A stretch of 63,504 bases of DNA, the filler included, from Octopus bimaculoides (Eukaryota), in NCBI RefSeq assembly GCF_001194135.2. It is 4 parts of 4 records of this genome, joined end to end, with 100 filler letters (N's around TTAATTAATTAA, not from the genome) between each part and the next. Parts side by side here need not be neighbours in the genome. Positions count along the whole stretch, not along the records: positions 25,789 to 52,801 come from NC_068989.1; positions 52,902 to 61,016 come from NC_069009.1; positions 61,117 to 63,504 come from NC_068981.1; 1 more part is not named here. The stretch is one strand, 5' to 3'. Position numbers and translations under genes: made by a program. This document shows, in pieces, positions 52,116-63,504 of this stretch (its first letter is position 1; the number at the start of each line of letters is the position of its first letter). Under the pieces are notes generated by a model, which was not told where the DNA came from, ran no database searches, and was given only the letters and a program-made list of their open reading frames with translations.

Positions 52116-52196
<81 letters not shown>

Positions 52197-52496
52197 CAAC
52201 ATAACAACAATCAAATATTTGTATTTACAGCAGATTCATTATCGTTTAAGCAGAGAAATTATGCTTTCACCTTTCTAGAATGAATAGATACTTCCTCAGC
52301 TTAAACATAAATCTTTTATAAATACAAATATTTGCCCTATAATTATTTGTATGACGTGCATAGAATCCTGTTTGCATTTTGATCTCCTTCAACTTTCCAC
52401 ACAAACTCTTGAATATATATATAATGTATGCATACATATATACGAAAATAGACATATGCATACGTATACACGCATGCACACACAAACACACACACA

Positions 52497-52550
<54 letters not shown>

Positions 52551-52599
52551 GATATATATATATGTGTGTATTTGTATATTTGTATCTAATAGAAATATA

Positions 52600-52720
52600 T
52601 ACAAGTGGGTCCTAAATTTTCCTGGTTTTAAGGGAATCTTGGAAGGCCTGGTTGGAAGTCCGATATTCCGAATTCTTTTACAGAACTTAGAAAAAGTGAA
52701 GGAACTGCAAGGAATTCTAA
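52600..52720 (+). mobile_element. Degenerate partial copy of the 19376 mariner MITE
   Basis: TTCCTGGTTTTAA...GTTGGAAGTCC...TTCTTTTACAGAACTTAGA aligns to 19395-19470. Confidence 0.55.
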
Positions 52721-52801
52721 CCACGTTTCATGGTTCGCTACCTCAACAGCACCTTTATAGGATCCAATCACAATTAATGTATTATCTGGTATTTTCTTCA
52801 C

Positions 52802-52901
52802 NNNNNNNNNNNNNNNNNNNNNNNNNNNNNNNNNNNNNNNNNNNNTTAATTAATTAANNNNNNNNNNNNNNNNNNNNNNNNNNNNNNNNNNNNNNNNNNN
52901 N
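52802..52901. other. Artificial scaffold spacer N44-TTAATTAATTAA-N44
   Basis: Identical to 25689-25788. Confidence 0.95.
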
Positions 52902-53210
52902 ACGCATAAATTTTTATACGCATTTATATTCACATGTATATTTATCTACATTCATATTTTTATACATATTATATTTATATTTCGTATATTTATATTTTAA
53001 ATTTTAAATTTATTATATTACCATGTCATATTGGATATATATCTTTCGAAATATTAAATATTGATTTCCTGAGAATATTATTGATAAGTTTATGAATTTA
53101 TTAATAATATAAAAACACATATATATACATTTATTTGCTCAAAATAATAGAGCACTCAATATAAGTTCAGTTACATATTCTTTTAGAATATTACTTATAA
53201 AAGTTATATA

Positions 53211-53239
<29 letters not shown>

Positions 53240-53246
<7 letters not shown>

Positions 53247-53425
53247 TACACGCACACAAAACGGGCTTCTTTCAGTCTCCCTCTACCGAATCCACACACA
53301 AGGCTTTGGTTGACCCAAGGCACTTGCCCAAGGTAGATGACACTTACCCAAGGTGCCACACAGTGGGACTTAACCTGGAACCATGCAGTTGGGAAGCAAG
53401 CTTAACACACAGCTATACCTGCACT
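53240..53425 (-). mobile_element. SINE family C head with a small internal duplication
   Basis: Reverse complement of the family C head; CACTT(G/A)CCCAAGGT occurs twice. Confidence 0.75.
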
Positions 53426-53854
53426 TATGTAAGTTTGTATGTGTGTGTTTGTGTGTGTGTTTGTGTGTGGGGGGGATGAGAAGCTGAAAACAATCCACAA
53501 TCACCAGGACAATGCAATACCACACACGGCTTTGGCAACAAATTGAGCAACTGGCAATGTAGACTGGTCAGTGGTCTCCCTTCCACCATGCCCACCACCA
53601 CTGCTGTCATCACCAATACCAATATTGGTCAATATTAGAATAAATTGAAGGGTTGCATAGATTTAATAATTAATGAAGGAAGATAATTTTATAGATAATT
53701 AATGTAAGATAGAGGACAAGAGCAGGTTTGTTTATGAAGAGGAGATGCATGGCCATCCAGCATTATAAATGGGTGGAACTAGGAAGAGAGTTAAAGGTAG
53801 TAGTGACTGAATGAAGCCAACATGTGTGTGCATTTGTGTGTGTGTGTATATAGT

Positions 53855-54037
53855 AAAAGCACCCACTACACTCTCGGAGTGGCTGGCGTTAGGAAGGGCA
53901 TCCAGCTGTAGAAGCTCTGCCAAATCAGATTGGAGCCTGGTGTAGCCATCTGGTTTCACCAGTCCTCAGTCAAATCGTCCAACCCATGCTAGCATGGAAA
54001 GCGGACGTTAAACGATGATGATGATGATGATGATGAT
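53855..54037 (+). mobile_element. SINE/LINE-tail family D with (GAT)n tail
   Basis: GTTAGGAAGGGCATCCAGCTGTAGAA...CCAACCCATGCTAGCATGGAAAGCGGACGTTAAAC(GAT)n; reverse copy at 60350-60660. Confidence 0.75.
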
Positions 54038-54111
54038 ATATATCAGTTTTCGGTAAAACATAAATCCGAAAAAGAAGCACACTCTAAGTTATAGAGCAGT
54101 ATATCATATAG

Positions 54112-54613
54112 ATAAAGTTAGGTTGGTTTATGGGATTACCCTGGGTTTCACATCCATAAAGCCCTTAGCTTTACAGCTTATCGTCAGATCCCAAACCTGT
54201 TGGCTTATGGCATCTCTAGCAAGTCGCTTCTCTAGCAAGTCGCCTCTCTAGCAAGTCGCCTCTCTAGAAAATGGAGGAGGAAAAAACTTTGTTACTTTAT
54301 GTCAACAGCAAGGGATTGTCTCCGTTTGGCTGTCAATCATAAATGACCCTGTTATCGTGTGAGTCGCAGTAGGCCGGTAGGAATTTCCTGAAGTGCAAGG
54401 GACCTACATGATAACAGGGTCATTTATGATTGACAGGAGAGCTAAAGAGAAACAATCCCTTGTTGTTGACAGAGTAACGAAGTGTTTTCGTCCTCCATTT
54501 TCTAGAGAGGCCATAAGCCAACAGGTTTGGGATTGATGATATACTGTAAAGCTAAGTGCTTTATGGACATGAAACCCAGGGTAATTCCATAAACCAGCCA
54601 TATCTAACTTTAT
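54112..54613. repeat. About 500-bp imperfect foldback (MITE-like)
   Basis: 54112-54356 pairs with 54410-54613; the left arm has three copies of a 16-bp unit, CTCTAGCAAGTCGCCT. Confidence 0.88.
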
Positions 54614-55269
54614 ATACACACACATAAATACATATATTTATGTATGTTGGGGTGTGTTCTGTTAAGAACATATAAGAGTACAAATAGAGCTTGTTCACCC
54701 TTAGAATTCCCAAAAAGCCAGTAGTATTCTTATGGTATGCTACCAATTCTAGTCTTAGGTATTCCTTGTGTGTGAAAATAAAAAGTAAAAGAGTCAAAAG
54801 GAAGAGTAAATGCGGTTAGGCAGCTTTTTAATCGCTACAATTGTTCCGATACATACAGATCCTCGTATATACAGGATTTAGAGTTTAAATTAAATTATTT
54901 AACGATTTACCTGTATAAGGAGATCTATATGTATCTCCTCAGGCGATACTCAGTTGCTGTCTCCGGAAGCAAAATTTAGATTTCCATACTGCAACATCCA
55001 TGGCTTCTCTTTTGAAACTAACAAACGCTGACGGTCTCAATTCACTCGGTATGAGTGTTTTCTCACGTTCGACATGAGCTGCAATGTGCACGTTGCCTGT
55101 TTACTTATTCAGTTTCAACATGACGGCTGCACATGCCAAACTGTACCATTACACAGAATACATTCAGCCATTAGCTCATACTTATACAATCACTTACACA
55201 CCGATATACCATACATCACTGAGTGTTTCCATACATATACACATACACACAGATACACTCACACACAGT

Positions 55270-55700
55270 CTGTTTCTTAGGTTGGAGTATGCTGCACCAC
55301 ATTCCCATGTGTGCATTAAGGAGTTTTTCCACTCTTTCATGTTTCTGTGGTGCAACTTCTCTCATGCTACTGATGTGTTGTTGCATGGTCTGGACATAGT
55401 TCTGTGGGCTGTCTATTGACAGTTTGCCAGACTAGTCCGTAGGGAGGCACACTAATTCCCTGTTCCTAATTCACTGTTTCAGCTTTTGTAGGCCTTTGGC
55501 AACAGATGAACTGAGTTGGTGGACCTCTGCTTCGTGTTTTTTAGTCTTTTTGTTGTACCTATCTAAGACGTGTTGGAGTCTATTTCTAGCAAAGATCTTT
55601 GCTTCTGTTTCACATCAATTTGGGGTGGGATACATACTCTTTTGGCTGTGGGGTAGATCCTTGTCATGTTAGGGTTATAGAAGACAGAAGGTAGAGTGTT
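55270..55700 (-). mobile_element. Penelope-like element, N-terminal (pre-RT) fragment
   Basis: GLQKLKQ*IRNRELVCLPTD*SGKLSIDSPQNY resembles the ...TDKSG... region preceding PLE RT. Confidence 0.55.
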
Positions 55701-55799
55701 ATTATCATTGTGGTTGTTGTTGTTATAGTTGCTGGCATTGTTGTTGCTACTGGTGGTGGTGATGGTAGTGTTTGTGTTGTGCCCATTGTTGTTGTTGTT

Positions 55800-56060
55800 A
55801 TTGTAAAGACATGAACATGACATACATAGGGGAGACATCTAGGAGCATTGCGGAAAGACTAAATGAACATTTGAGACATAACGACAAAAAACAGTCCTCC
55901 ATATTCTACCAACATGCACAGGGTCCAACATGGAGGCAACCTGAGTCAACTTGACATCCGCATTTTATCCAAACACTGAAAGGACCCAACCCTCAGACAA
56001 ATACAGGAGTACGTCCTCATAAATGAAACATTCCCAGTACAAAATAGGAAATATACGTAG
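55800..56060 (+). mobile_element. Penelope-like GIY-YIG endonuclease fragment
   Basis: MTYIGETSRSIAERLNEH...HGGNLSQLDIRIL...LRQIQEYVLINE (frameshifted). Confidence 0.75.
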
Positions 56061-57493
56061 TGGGTAATCATACCCCCATACCCACTGTTTATATATATAT
56101 ATATACAGGTAGAATAGTTAGTGGGTTGTTATGTAGATGCATGTGGGTGTGTGGGTGTATACGCATATGTATATGCACATGTATGTAGGCAAATGGATAT
56201 GAATGTAAACAGATAGACATACAGACAGAGAGGTACATAGGTAATATGAACAGACAAGCACACATATGCAAATGAAGACTGTAACACATGACCATATACT
56301 CACACACACACACACACACTTGACACAAGGACACCTGGAGACACACACATCCACACATATAGAAATACACATCCATATATACAGACACAGTACATAGTCC
56401 CAAAAACTGATACATGCAGACATGCACACACAAGGAGACAGAGATGCACACACACACATGCAAACACACACACACACACACATACACATAAAAACACACA
56501 AACACAAACACATGAATATGCAGAATACATATATACAAATGTACACATATATACATGTACATACACAGACACATACATGCATACACACATATACATACAT
56601 GTATGTATGTGCACACATACATACGTGCATACACACACACATACATGCATACACACATACATACATGTATGTATGTGCATACATACATACATCTGTATGC
56701 GCACACACACAAACCCACACACATGCTCACAAACAAACCAAAACAGCACAGCTTGGATAACAGAGTCAACAACTATTGAAAAGGTTGCAAGACACAACGA
56801 AAATTTTAGAAAACTATATAAGTAAATAAGTAAACGAGTGGAAACTTTACCAGTGAGTGTGTTGATTTATAAAGCACTAAAAGAGAATGAGTCTCCCCAG
56901 ACACAACAGATTATATATAAATATTTATTGTAAAACAATCTTAAAACTAATTTATCTGAAACTAGTTAATTCAGTTGTTCTTTGGTGCATTGTGAAATAT
57001 ATTCAAGTATATATTTTATTTGGCTGCATGCATATATGTATGTAAATATACAAATACATATGTCTGTGCTTGTGAGTCTATGTGTGTGCACACACACACA
57101 CACAAGTTTAAATATATACATTCTACGTTAGTAAATTAATTCCACCAAAGAGCAAATACATTATTATTATTACTACTAGCTGACCACATGCTGTCAATAG
57201 TGACGGCTAATTGTAGCATTTTATATATAAATAAAGTACAAAATAAGGTACATAATAATCACACATACAAACATTCACATACTTCCCTTGTACACGTACA
57301 CACATATACTTACACAGAGTTGAAACACTGATTCTTTTTTCATTCCTTCCTTCCTTATTCATCTATCATCCTTTCCTTTCCCTTATTGCTATTACTTTCT
57401 CTCACTCCCTCTCAGTCAGGGCTATTATTCTCACTACTCCTCCTTCACTGAATTACTATTTTCTCTCCTCCTCCACGTCCGGCATGATTCTTG

Positions 57494-57552
<59 letters not shown>

Positions 57553-58695
57553 AATATATAAATCACTACACTCATTATTATATTAGGAGATTATTACTAG
57601 CAGAAAGACTGCCCTCTGGGCAGTTTTCTGCTAGCTCCTTGATAATATTTTGACATTTGATTCCCAATTCTAACAATTTTTATATTTTACTTCTAGTTAT
57701 TTCTTTGTATAATAGTGCTCACTTGCTTAGCAAATATTGCTAAAACACAGTCATAATCTTTTTTAAACAAACACCATGGTAGTCCAACAACAGAGGGAGA
57801 AACAGTTTGTCAAGTTTTACCTTCCCCTCAAAGCAGCATAAAGATTTCAATTCAGCAGCCCATCTGTAAGCTTCGCAATGTGCATGTGTAAGAGAGAGAA
57901 CATTGCAAACAATGAATGAAATAAACATGAAATAAAACAAATCGTATGAATAAAAGAGCATTTCTACAGATGTATACACCCCGACTTTGTTGCCTCATAA
58001 CATCCAGAAAAATGGATACTTTTTAACAAAATTTTCTACTAACACTGCTTAGATGTTGTGGCTGCAGAGTATAATAGGGATTTATGGGAAAGAATTTTTC
58101 TGAGTGGGTGGAGAGAGGAGTTTTGGAAAATTCACATGATCTGACTTTTTTCCTTCATAATTTTCAGGGAGATGAATATATTTTAATGAAAATTTATACA
58201 AATCTCTTTCAAGCAGCATAGATTACAATTATAAAGAAATTTGTGGAGNNNNNNNNNNTTTAGTAAAAAAAATTTTTTTAATATTTAATATTTTCAGAGG
58301 GAAAAGTCAGTGATTTAAGGGCGAGTTGGCTGTTGTTTCTAGCATATCCAAAGACAACCTACCTCGTTTCTTTATCACTCTCATATGTATTGATGTTTTT
58401 CAATATTTTTTCTCCATAAATACATTTATATGCTATAAAAAAGAAAATTTGAGAAATTATGAATTTTTTGCAACTCCACTCCCTGCCCCCAATTGTTTCT
58501 GTTTAGAAATTAAAATATTGAAGAGCCTGAGGAGGTCATTACTGGCATTTATCCACAATGATTTTTAAAAAAATTATGGAGATGTACTTGCATAGCAAGT
58601 GACTTGATCTGAGATCATGCGCTGAAGCAAAAACAATTGGAGCATGGAAGATGTTTGTAAAGCATTCAAGAACACACAAAAGCCGTTAGTTTCAT

Positions 58696-58897
58696 GGCAC
58701 TACTTAAATACAGAGGTCCTGCTTAAATGGAGGTCCCGATGCATCTACATAATAACATGAAGGGGAGGGTTAGTTTTTAGGATTAGTTAGGGTTAGAGTG
58801 TCATTACACGTCTATACAGCAGGCATTTAAAATGTTTTGTATGTAATACTTGTATCTAAGTAGTGCCATTAAGGGACCTCTGTATTTAAGTATTACC
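58696..58897. mobile_element. Small foldback element containing telomere-like hexamers
   Basis: GGCACTACTTAAATACAGAGGTCC pairs with GGACCTCTGTATTTAAGTATTACC; interior GGGTTAG...GTTAGGGTTAG. Confidence 0.55.
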
Positions 58898-58919
58898 AGT
58901 TTCACTTCAACATTAAAAT

Positions 58920-59055
58920 TTCACCCGCCGAGGTTGACTTTGCTTTTCATCCTTTCAGGGTCGATAAATTAGGTACCAGTTGTATACTGGGTCAATCTAA
59001 TCGACTAGCCCCCTCCCCAAAAATTTCGGGCCTTGTACCTAGTATAGAAAAGAGC
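58920..59055 (+). mobile_element. 5'-truncated family B SINE
   Basis: CCGCCGAGGTTGACTTTGC...AATTTCGGGCCTTGTACCTAG. Confidence 0.85.
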
Positions 59056-59158
59056 ATTAAAATTTCATTTGTGTCAAAATATTTTCGTCACTTTGAAGCT
59101 GTGACCTGTTCACTGACAAAACTTCGCAAAAGTGATGCAGCATGAAGAATGTCAGTGA

Positions 59159-59190
<32 letters not shown>

Positions 59191-59449
59191 CTCTTCAAGG
59201 ACTATATTTAGCCCCTTTTTCTTTATCCTATATCTACATTGTAGTTCCTAACATTTCTCCTTCTTCATTTCACCTTTTTCCTCTCTTTCCAAGATATTGA
59301 TATGTTTTTGTAGTTCATTCATTGACTGCTTTATTCTTCTTTTCCACCAAGGCTCTTTTTTTTTTCTCCATTTCCTCCTTTACAGTTTGGTTCAAAACCT
59401 ACTTTCTTTCCTATATAGATGATACAAGCTTTTATCAATCTATTCATTC

Positions 59450-59995
59450 CAGTTATATTATCTGTCTTGATTTCTTTCAGTATTTTATTCACCTGAGAAA
59501 ATTCCTATCCACTTTCCTGAATCCATTTATTTCTATGTCCAGTGATGCCAGTGATGTCTTTCACCATTCCTCTTTCTTTATCATTCAGTCCTTCTGTATT
59601 CTCAAGGTTTAAATCCTTGTAATTCTCCTGGGCACCTTCATTAAATACAGCCTTGTCAACTTTCTCTGTAACCACATCTACTTCGTTCCCTGTGTTTTCG
59701 ATCGTCACCCAGTTCTTAATCTCATCAAGCTCTAGTGTTGTAAGCCATCCTGTCCTCTCTATTGCCCTTACCTGATCACAGAGTTTCTGCTCTGTAATAT
59801 CTGAGCCCTGCTTCTCCATCCACATGCCATGCATCTTCTTTTTATGTCCTCTTATGTGCTTCCCTTCATCATCAACAGATCTACTGAAAAAAATAACCCA
59901 ATCTTTATAATACAGCTGCCAGAACAAAATGGACAAAGAGAATGGATACGCCTGTCATGGAATGTTATTTTTTGAGTAGACCCATTGATAATAAA
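59450..59995 (-). mobile_element. R4/Dong-like retrotransposon N-terminal fragment
   Basis: GHKKKMHGMWMEKQGSDITEQKLCDQVRAIERTGWLTTLELDEIK matches the N-terminal motif of R4-type ORFs; begins just after an (AAT)n tract. Confidence 0.75.
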
Positions 59996-59999
59996 GGGA

Positions 60000-60041
<42 letters not shown>

Positions 60042-60349
60042 GTTGTTGTTTATTATTACATGGTTAAAAGAAGTTAATTGAAGGTAGAGGAGGAGAGTTA
60101 AAAATATAATTTTAGCAGAGGGGTGATGTTCTGATGGTGAGATTAAAGAAAAGCACAGAGAGAGAAAGAGAAAGGGGAGAGAGGTGGTGGCGGTGGTGAT
60201 TGGATAGTGAAAAGATATATTTTTTTAAAATTTGAACTAGGTTTTTTATATCACCTATCACTTAATGCATGCGCATAAGTGTCATTCCATGAAACAGTTA
60301 CACTTATTTACATGGCAAGTATATGCATTTTAACTAATGGTTGTCATAC

Positions 60350-60660
60350 CATCATTGTTTAGTGTCTGCCTTCCATGCTGGCATGGGTGGGATGGTTTGA
60401 CAGGAGCTGGCCAGGCAGAAGCCTGCACCAGACTTCTGTGACTGTTTTGGCAGGATTTTTACAGCTGGATGCCCTTCTGAACATCAACCACTCAACAGAA
60501 TGGACTTAGTGCTTTTTATGTGGCACAAGCACAGGTGAGGTCAGTTTTGGCAAGGTTTTTACAGCTGGATGCCCTTCCAGACATCAACCACTTTACAGTG
60601 TGGACTGGATGCTTTTTAAGTGGCACCTGCACTGACAGGGTCACCAAGTAACCTGCAAGA
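60350..60660 (-). mobile_element. Family D repeat with an internal tandem duplication of about 95 bp
   Basis: TTTTTACAGCTGGATGCCCTTC...ACATCAACCACT occurs twice. Confidence 0.7.
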
Positions 60661-61016
60661 CAAAAATCTTTTTGGAGAAGGTGGTCTTGTGTCAGAGGAT
60701 GAAAGGTTATGGTGAGACAAAGAGACAGAAACAGGTGTTTTGCTGTAGAGGAGGTACAAGGTTACCTGGCCAGAGAGAGAGAGAGATCAGGAATGAGGAC
60801 AGAAACAGGTGTGCTGCTGCAAAGGAGATACATGGTTACCCAACCTGAGGGAAGTAGAGGAGAAGGAGAGAGAGAGAGAGTGGGAGACAGCAGGATAGAG
60901 ATGGTGGCAAAGTGCTGGGCATACTCTCAAGGGACAGAGATATAAATGGGATGATCAAGTAAAAGCAGAGAGAGATAGAGATGGTGGCAAGTGTGAGGGC
61001 ATACCCTTGAGGTTGG

Positions 61017-61116
61017 NNNNNNNNNNNNNNNNNNNNNNNNNNNNNNNNNNNNNNNNNNNNTTAATTAATTAANNNNNNNNNNNNNNNNNNNNNNNNNNNN
61101 NNNNNNNNNNNNNNNN
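61017..61116. other. Artificial scaffold spacer N44-TTAATTAATTAA-N44
   Basis: Identical to the other two spacers. Confidence 0.95.
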
Positions 61117-61500
61117 TGTTGTTTGCGTATCAACTCATTTGTTTTCGTATTTCATGTTGTTTACGGTTTGTGACGTCTGTAGCCATATATGCATATATAT
61201 ACACATATATATATACATATGCGTGCGTATGTTTGTGCCTTGTGTCTATGGATGGTTATTACGTCAATAAAATACATATAAACACACGTACTCGTTCAAA
61301 CACACTCACACAAGTACGCACACACGCACACACACAAACACACATATACATACCGGAATGCACATTCACACATCTACATACACACATACATGCATATATA
61401 TACACATAAACATAAGACTAATTCTCAGACAGGCTCAAGGTAGACCTTGAAGAGTGAGGGCATTTCATTGTACAAAAGCGATACACATATATCTATCTGT

Positions 61501-61540
<40 letters not shown>

Positions 61541-61937
61541 NNNNNNNNNNNNNNNNNNNNNNNNNNNNNNNNNNNNNNNNNNNNNNNNNNNNNNNNNNNN
61601 NNNNNNNNNNNNNNNNNNNNNNNNNNNNNNNNNNNNNNNNNNNNNNNNNNNNNNNNNNNNNNNNNNNNNNNNNNNNNNNNNNNNNNNNNNNNNNNNNNNN
61701 NNNNNNNNNNNNNNNNNNNNNNNNNNNNNNNNNNNNNNNNNNNNNNNNNNNNNNNNNNNNNNNNNNNNNNNNNNNNNNNNNNNNNNNNNNNNNNNNNNNN
61801 NNNNNNNNNNNNNNNNNNNNNNNNNNNNNNNNNNNNNNNNNNNNNNNNNNNNNNGTTGAAACCAGTTTAATATATACGTGAATTTATTTTGAACAATTAC
61901 AAGTTTTCAAATTTAGGAGCATTTTCAACAACAAATT

Positions 61938-62000
61938 TAATAACTGACGAGATGCCGGAGCAGATTTCCGCCCCGACATCCAAAACTCGGAGTTTTATTA
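61938..62000 (+). ncRNA. Degenerate hammerhead-like fold
   Basis: TAATAA-CTGACGA-GATG...CATC-c-AAAA-CTC-g-GAG-TT|TTATTA; helices are complete but GAAA reads AAAA. Confidence 0.4.
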
Positions 62001-62134
62001 TGGCAACCGAATAATTGTCACATATTATATTACAGGTATATATATAGTTCAAATTTATAGAAAAGCAAAGACGAAGACAAGTGTAGGAACAACAAGCAAG
62101 TCTATTATTCTGACGCTTGGGAAAAATGGAAAGG

Positions 62135-62172
62135 CCTTTTATGTTTCGAGCCTACGCTCTTCGACAGAAAGG
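62135..62172 (-). ncRNA. Degenerate minimal hammerhead-like fold
   Basis: CCTTT-CTGTCGA-A-GAGC-gtag-GCTC-GAAA-C-ATA|AAAGG; helices I and II are perfect; core deviates at A6 (U) and in helix III (ACAT). Confidence 0.45.
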
Positions 62173-62563
62173 AATACGAGGAAATATAGAGAGAATGAAT
62201 AAAGACGTGTTGAGTTCAGTAGTCCAACATGGCGAATGATTGAGAAAAAAGAGGTTGAATGGAAGGGAGATAATAAAGAGAGATTGAAAAAAGGGGAGAT
62301 AATTCATGGTGATCTCAACAGGAGGTGCTACGCGAGCGTGTGTGTGTGAGAGAGAATGGTGTTTGAGTGTGTAGGTGTGTATGGGTGAATGGGGGCGTGT
62401 GAGTTTGACGTGTAAGTGTGTATGTGTGTGTGATGTGTGTAGCAATTGATGTGTGGTTTTTCATGTGGTATGTGTATATGTGACCAATTAGTGTGAATGT
62501 GTATAGTGTACGTATGTGGGTGAAAGTTATCTTTGTCTATGTGTGTTGCGTGTGTTTATGCGT

Positions 62564-62601
<38 letters not shown>

Positions 62602-62657
62602 GTGTGTGTATGTGTATATATTGTCTGTATCCAGGTATTATGTGCTTGTGAGGGTGT

Positions 62658-63470
62658 GGGCTTCTTTCAGTTTCCGTCTACCAAACTCACTCACAAGGCT
62701 CTTGTCGGCCCGAGGTCATAGTAGAAGACACTTGCCCAAGGTGCCACACAGTGGGACTGAACCCGGAACCATGTGGTTGGTAAGCAAGCTACTTACCACA
62801 CAGCCCTTACCACACACCCACTTCTGCGCCTACGCACCACTATGCACACACCCGTAGTCATCACTCATTTCACCCACCATTACACACACACCCACAACAC
62901 CTTCCCACTCCACATACACGCCTTTGTTCTCTCTCTCTCCCTCTCGCATGTTGGTGGGTGGCGTGTGTACTGAGTTAAAGTGTGTGTGGCAGTTCATATG
63001 GGGGTATGTGCGGTGACGCTATTGAAGATTGTATGTGTGTGTATGTGGAGTGTATGTGGAGTGGGACGGTGTTGTAAGTGTGTGTGTGTGTGTGTGTGTG
63101 TAATGGTGAGTGAAGTGAGTGATGAGTTGAACAGTGTGTATGGGTGTGTGTATAGTGGTGCGTGTATATATATATAGAGAGAGAGAGGGAGAGAGAGAGA
63201 ACAAAGGCGTGTATGTGAAGTGGGAAGGTGTTGTGGGTGTGTGTGTAATGGTGGGTGAAATGAGTGATGACTACGGGTGTGTGCATAGTGGTGCGTAGGC
63301 GCAGAAGTGGGTGTGTGGTAAGGGCTGTGTGGTAAGTAGCTTGCTTACCAACCACATGGTTCCGGGTTCAGTCCCACTGTGTGGCACCTTGGGCAAGTGT
63401 CTTCTACTATGACCTCGGGCCGACGAGAGCCTTGTGAGTGAGTTTGGTAGACGGAAACTGAAAGAAGCCC
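62658..63470. repeat. Near-perfect 288-bp inverted duplication including a family C SINE head
   Basis: 62658-62945 is the reverse complement of 63183-63470; two mismatches seen; 237-bp spacer. Confidence 0.92.
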
Positions 63471-63504
63471 GTCGTATATATGTATATGTATATATGTGTG
63501 TGTG

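Noticed and set aside
11892-52551. Dozens of YI/HT/VC-repeat and X-filled ORFs
   Set aside because: Dinucleotide and tetranucleotide repeats and N gaps lack stop codons; not genes.
54700-55010. Two minus-strand exon-like segments with an in-frame TGA (selenoprotein idea)
   Set aside because: No similarity to known selenoproteins and no SECIS seen.
57597-57634. 17-bp stem with a 3-nt loop resembling a terminator
   Set aside because: Eukaryotic context; probably a repeat terminus, with nothing further to support a function.

Overview
Repeat-saturated, AT-rich eukaryotic draft DNA. The SINE and microsatellite landscape looks like an octopus (coleoid cephalopod) genome; this is recognition, not a database result. 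Three artificial 100-bp spacers (N44-TTAATTAATTAA-N44) split the window into four segments that may be unrelated: 1-25688, 25789-52801, 52902-61016 and 61117-63504. No host gene can be called confidently, and most listed ORFs are microsatellite or N-gap artefacts. Supported content: many tRNA-derived SINEs; decayed non-LTR retrotransposons (R4/Dong-like fragments abutting TAA repeats, L1/Tx1, RTE, Penelope-like); decayed DNA transposons (mariner, maT-like, Merlin-like, MITEs); long inverted repeats; a GC-rich 15-bp minisatellite behind a strong splice acceptor. Best lead: a minimal type I hammerhead ribozyme fold (29491-29536) inside a composite element with a tRNA-like head, an (AAT)n linker and 50-bp inverted flanks. 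Two further, degenerate hammerhead-like folds lie on opposite strands at 61938-62172. Repeat boundaries are approximate because they were read by eye.
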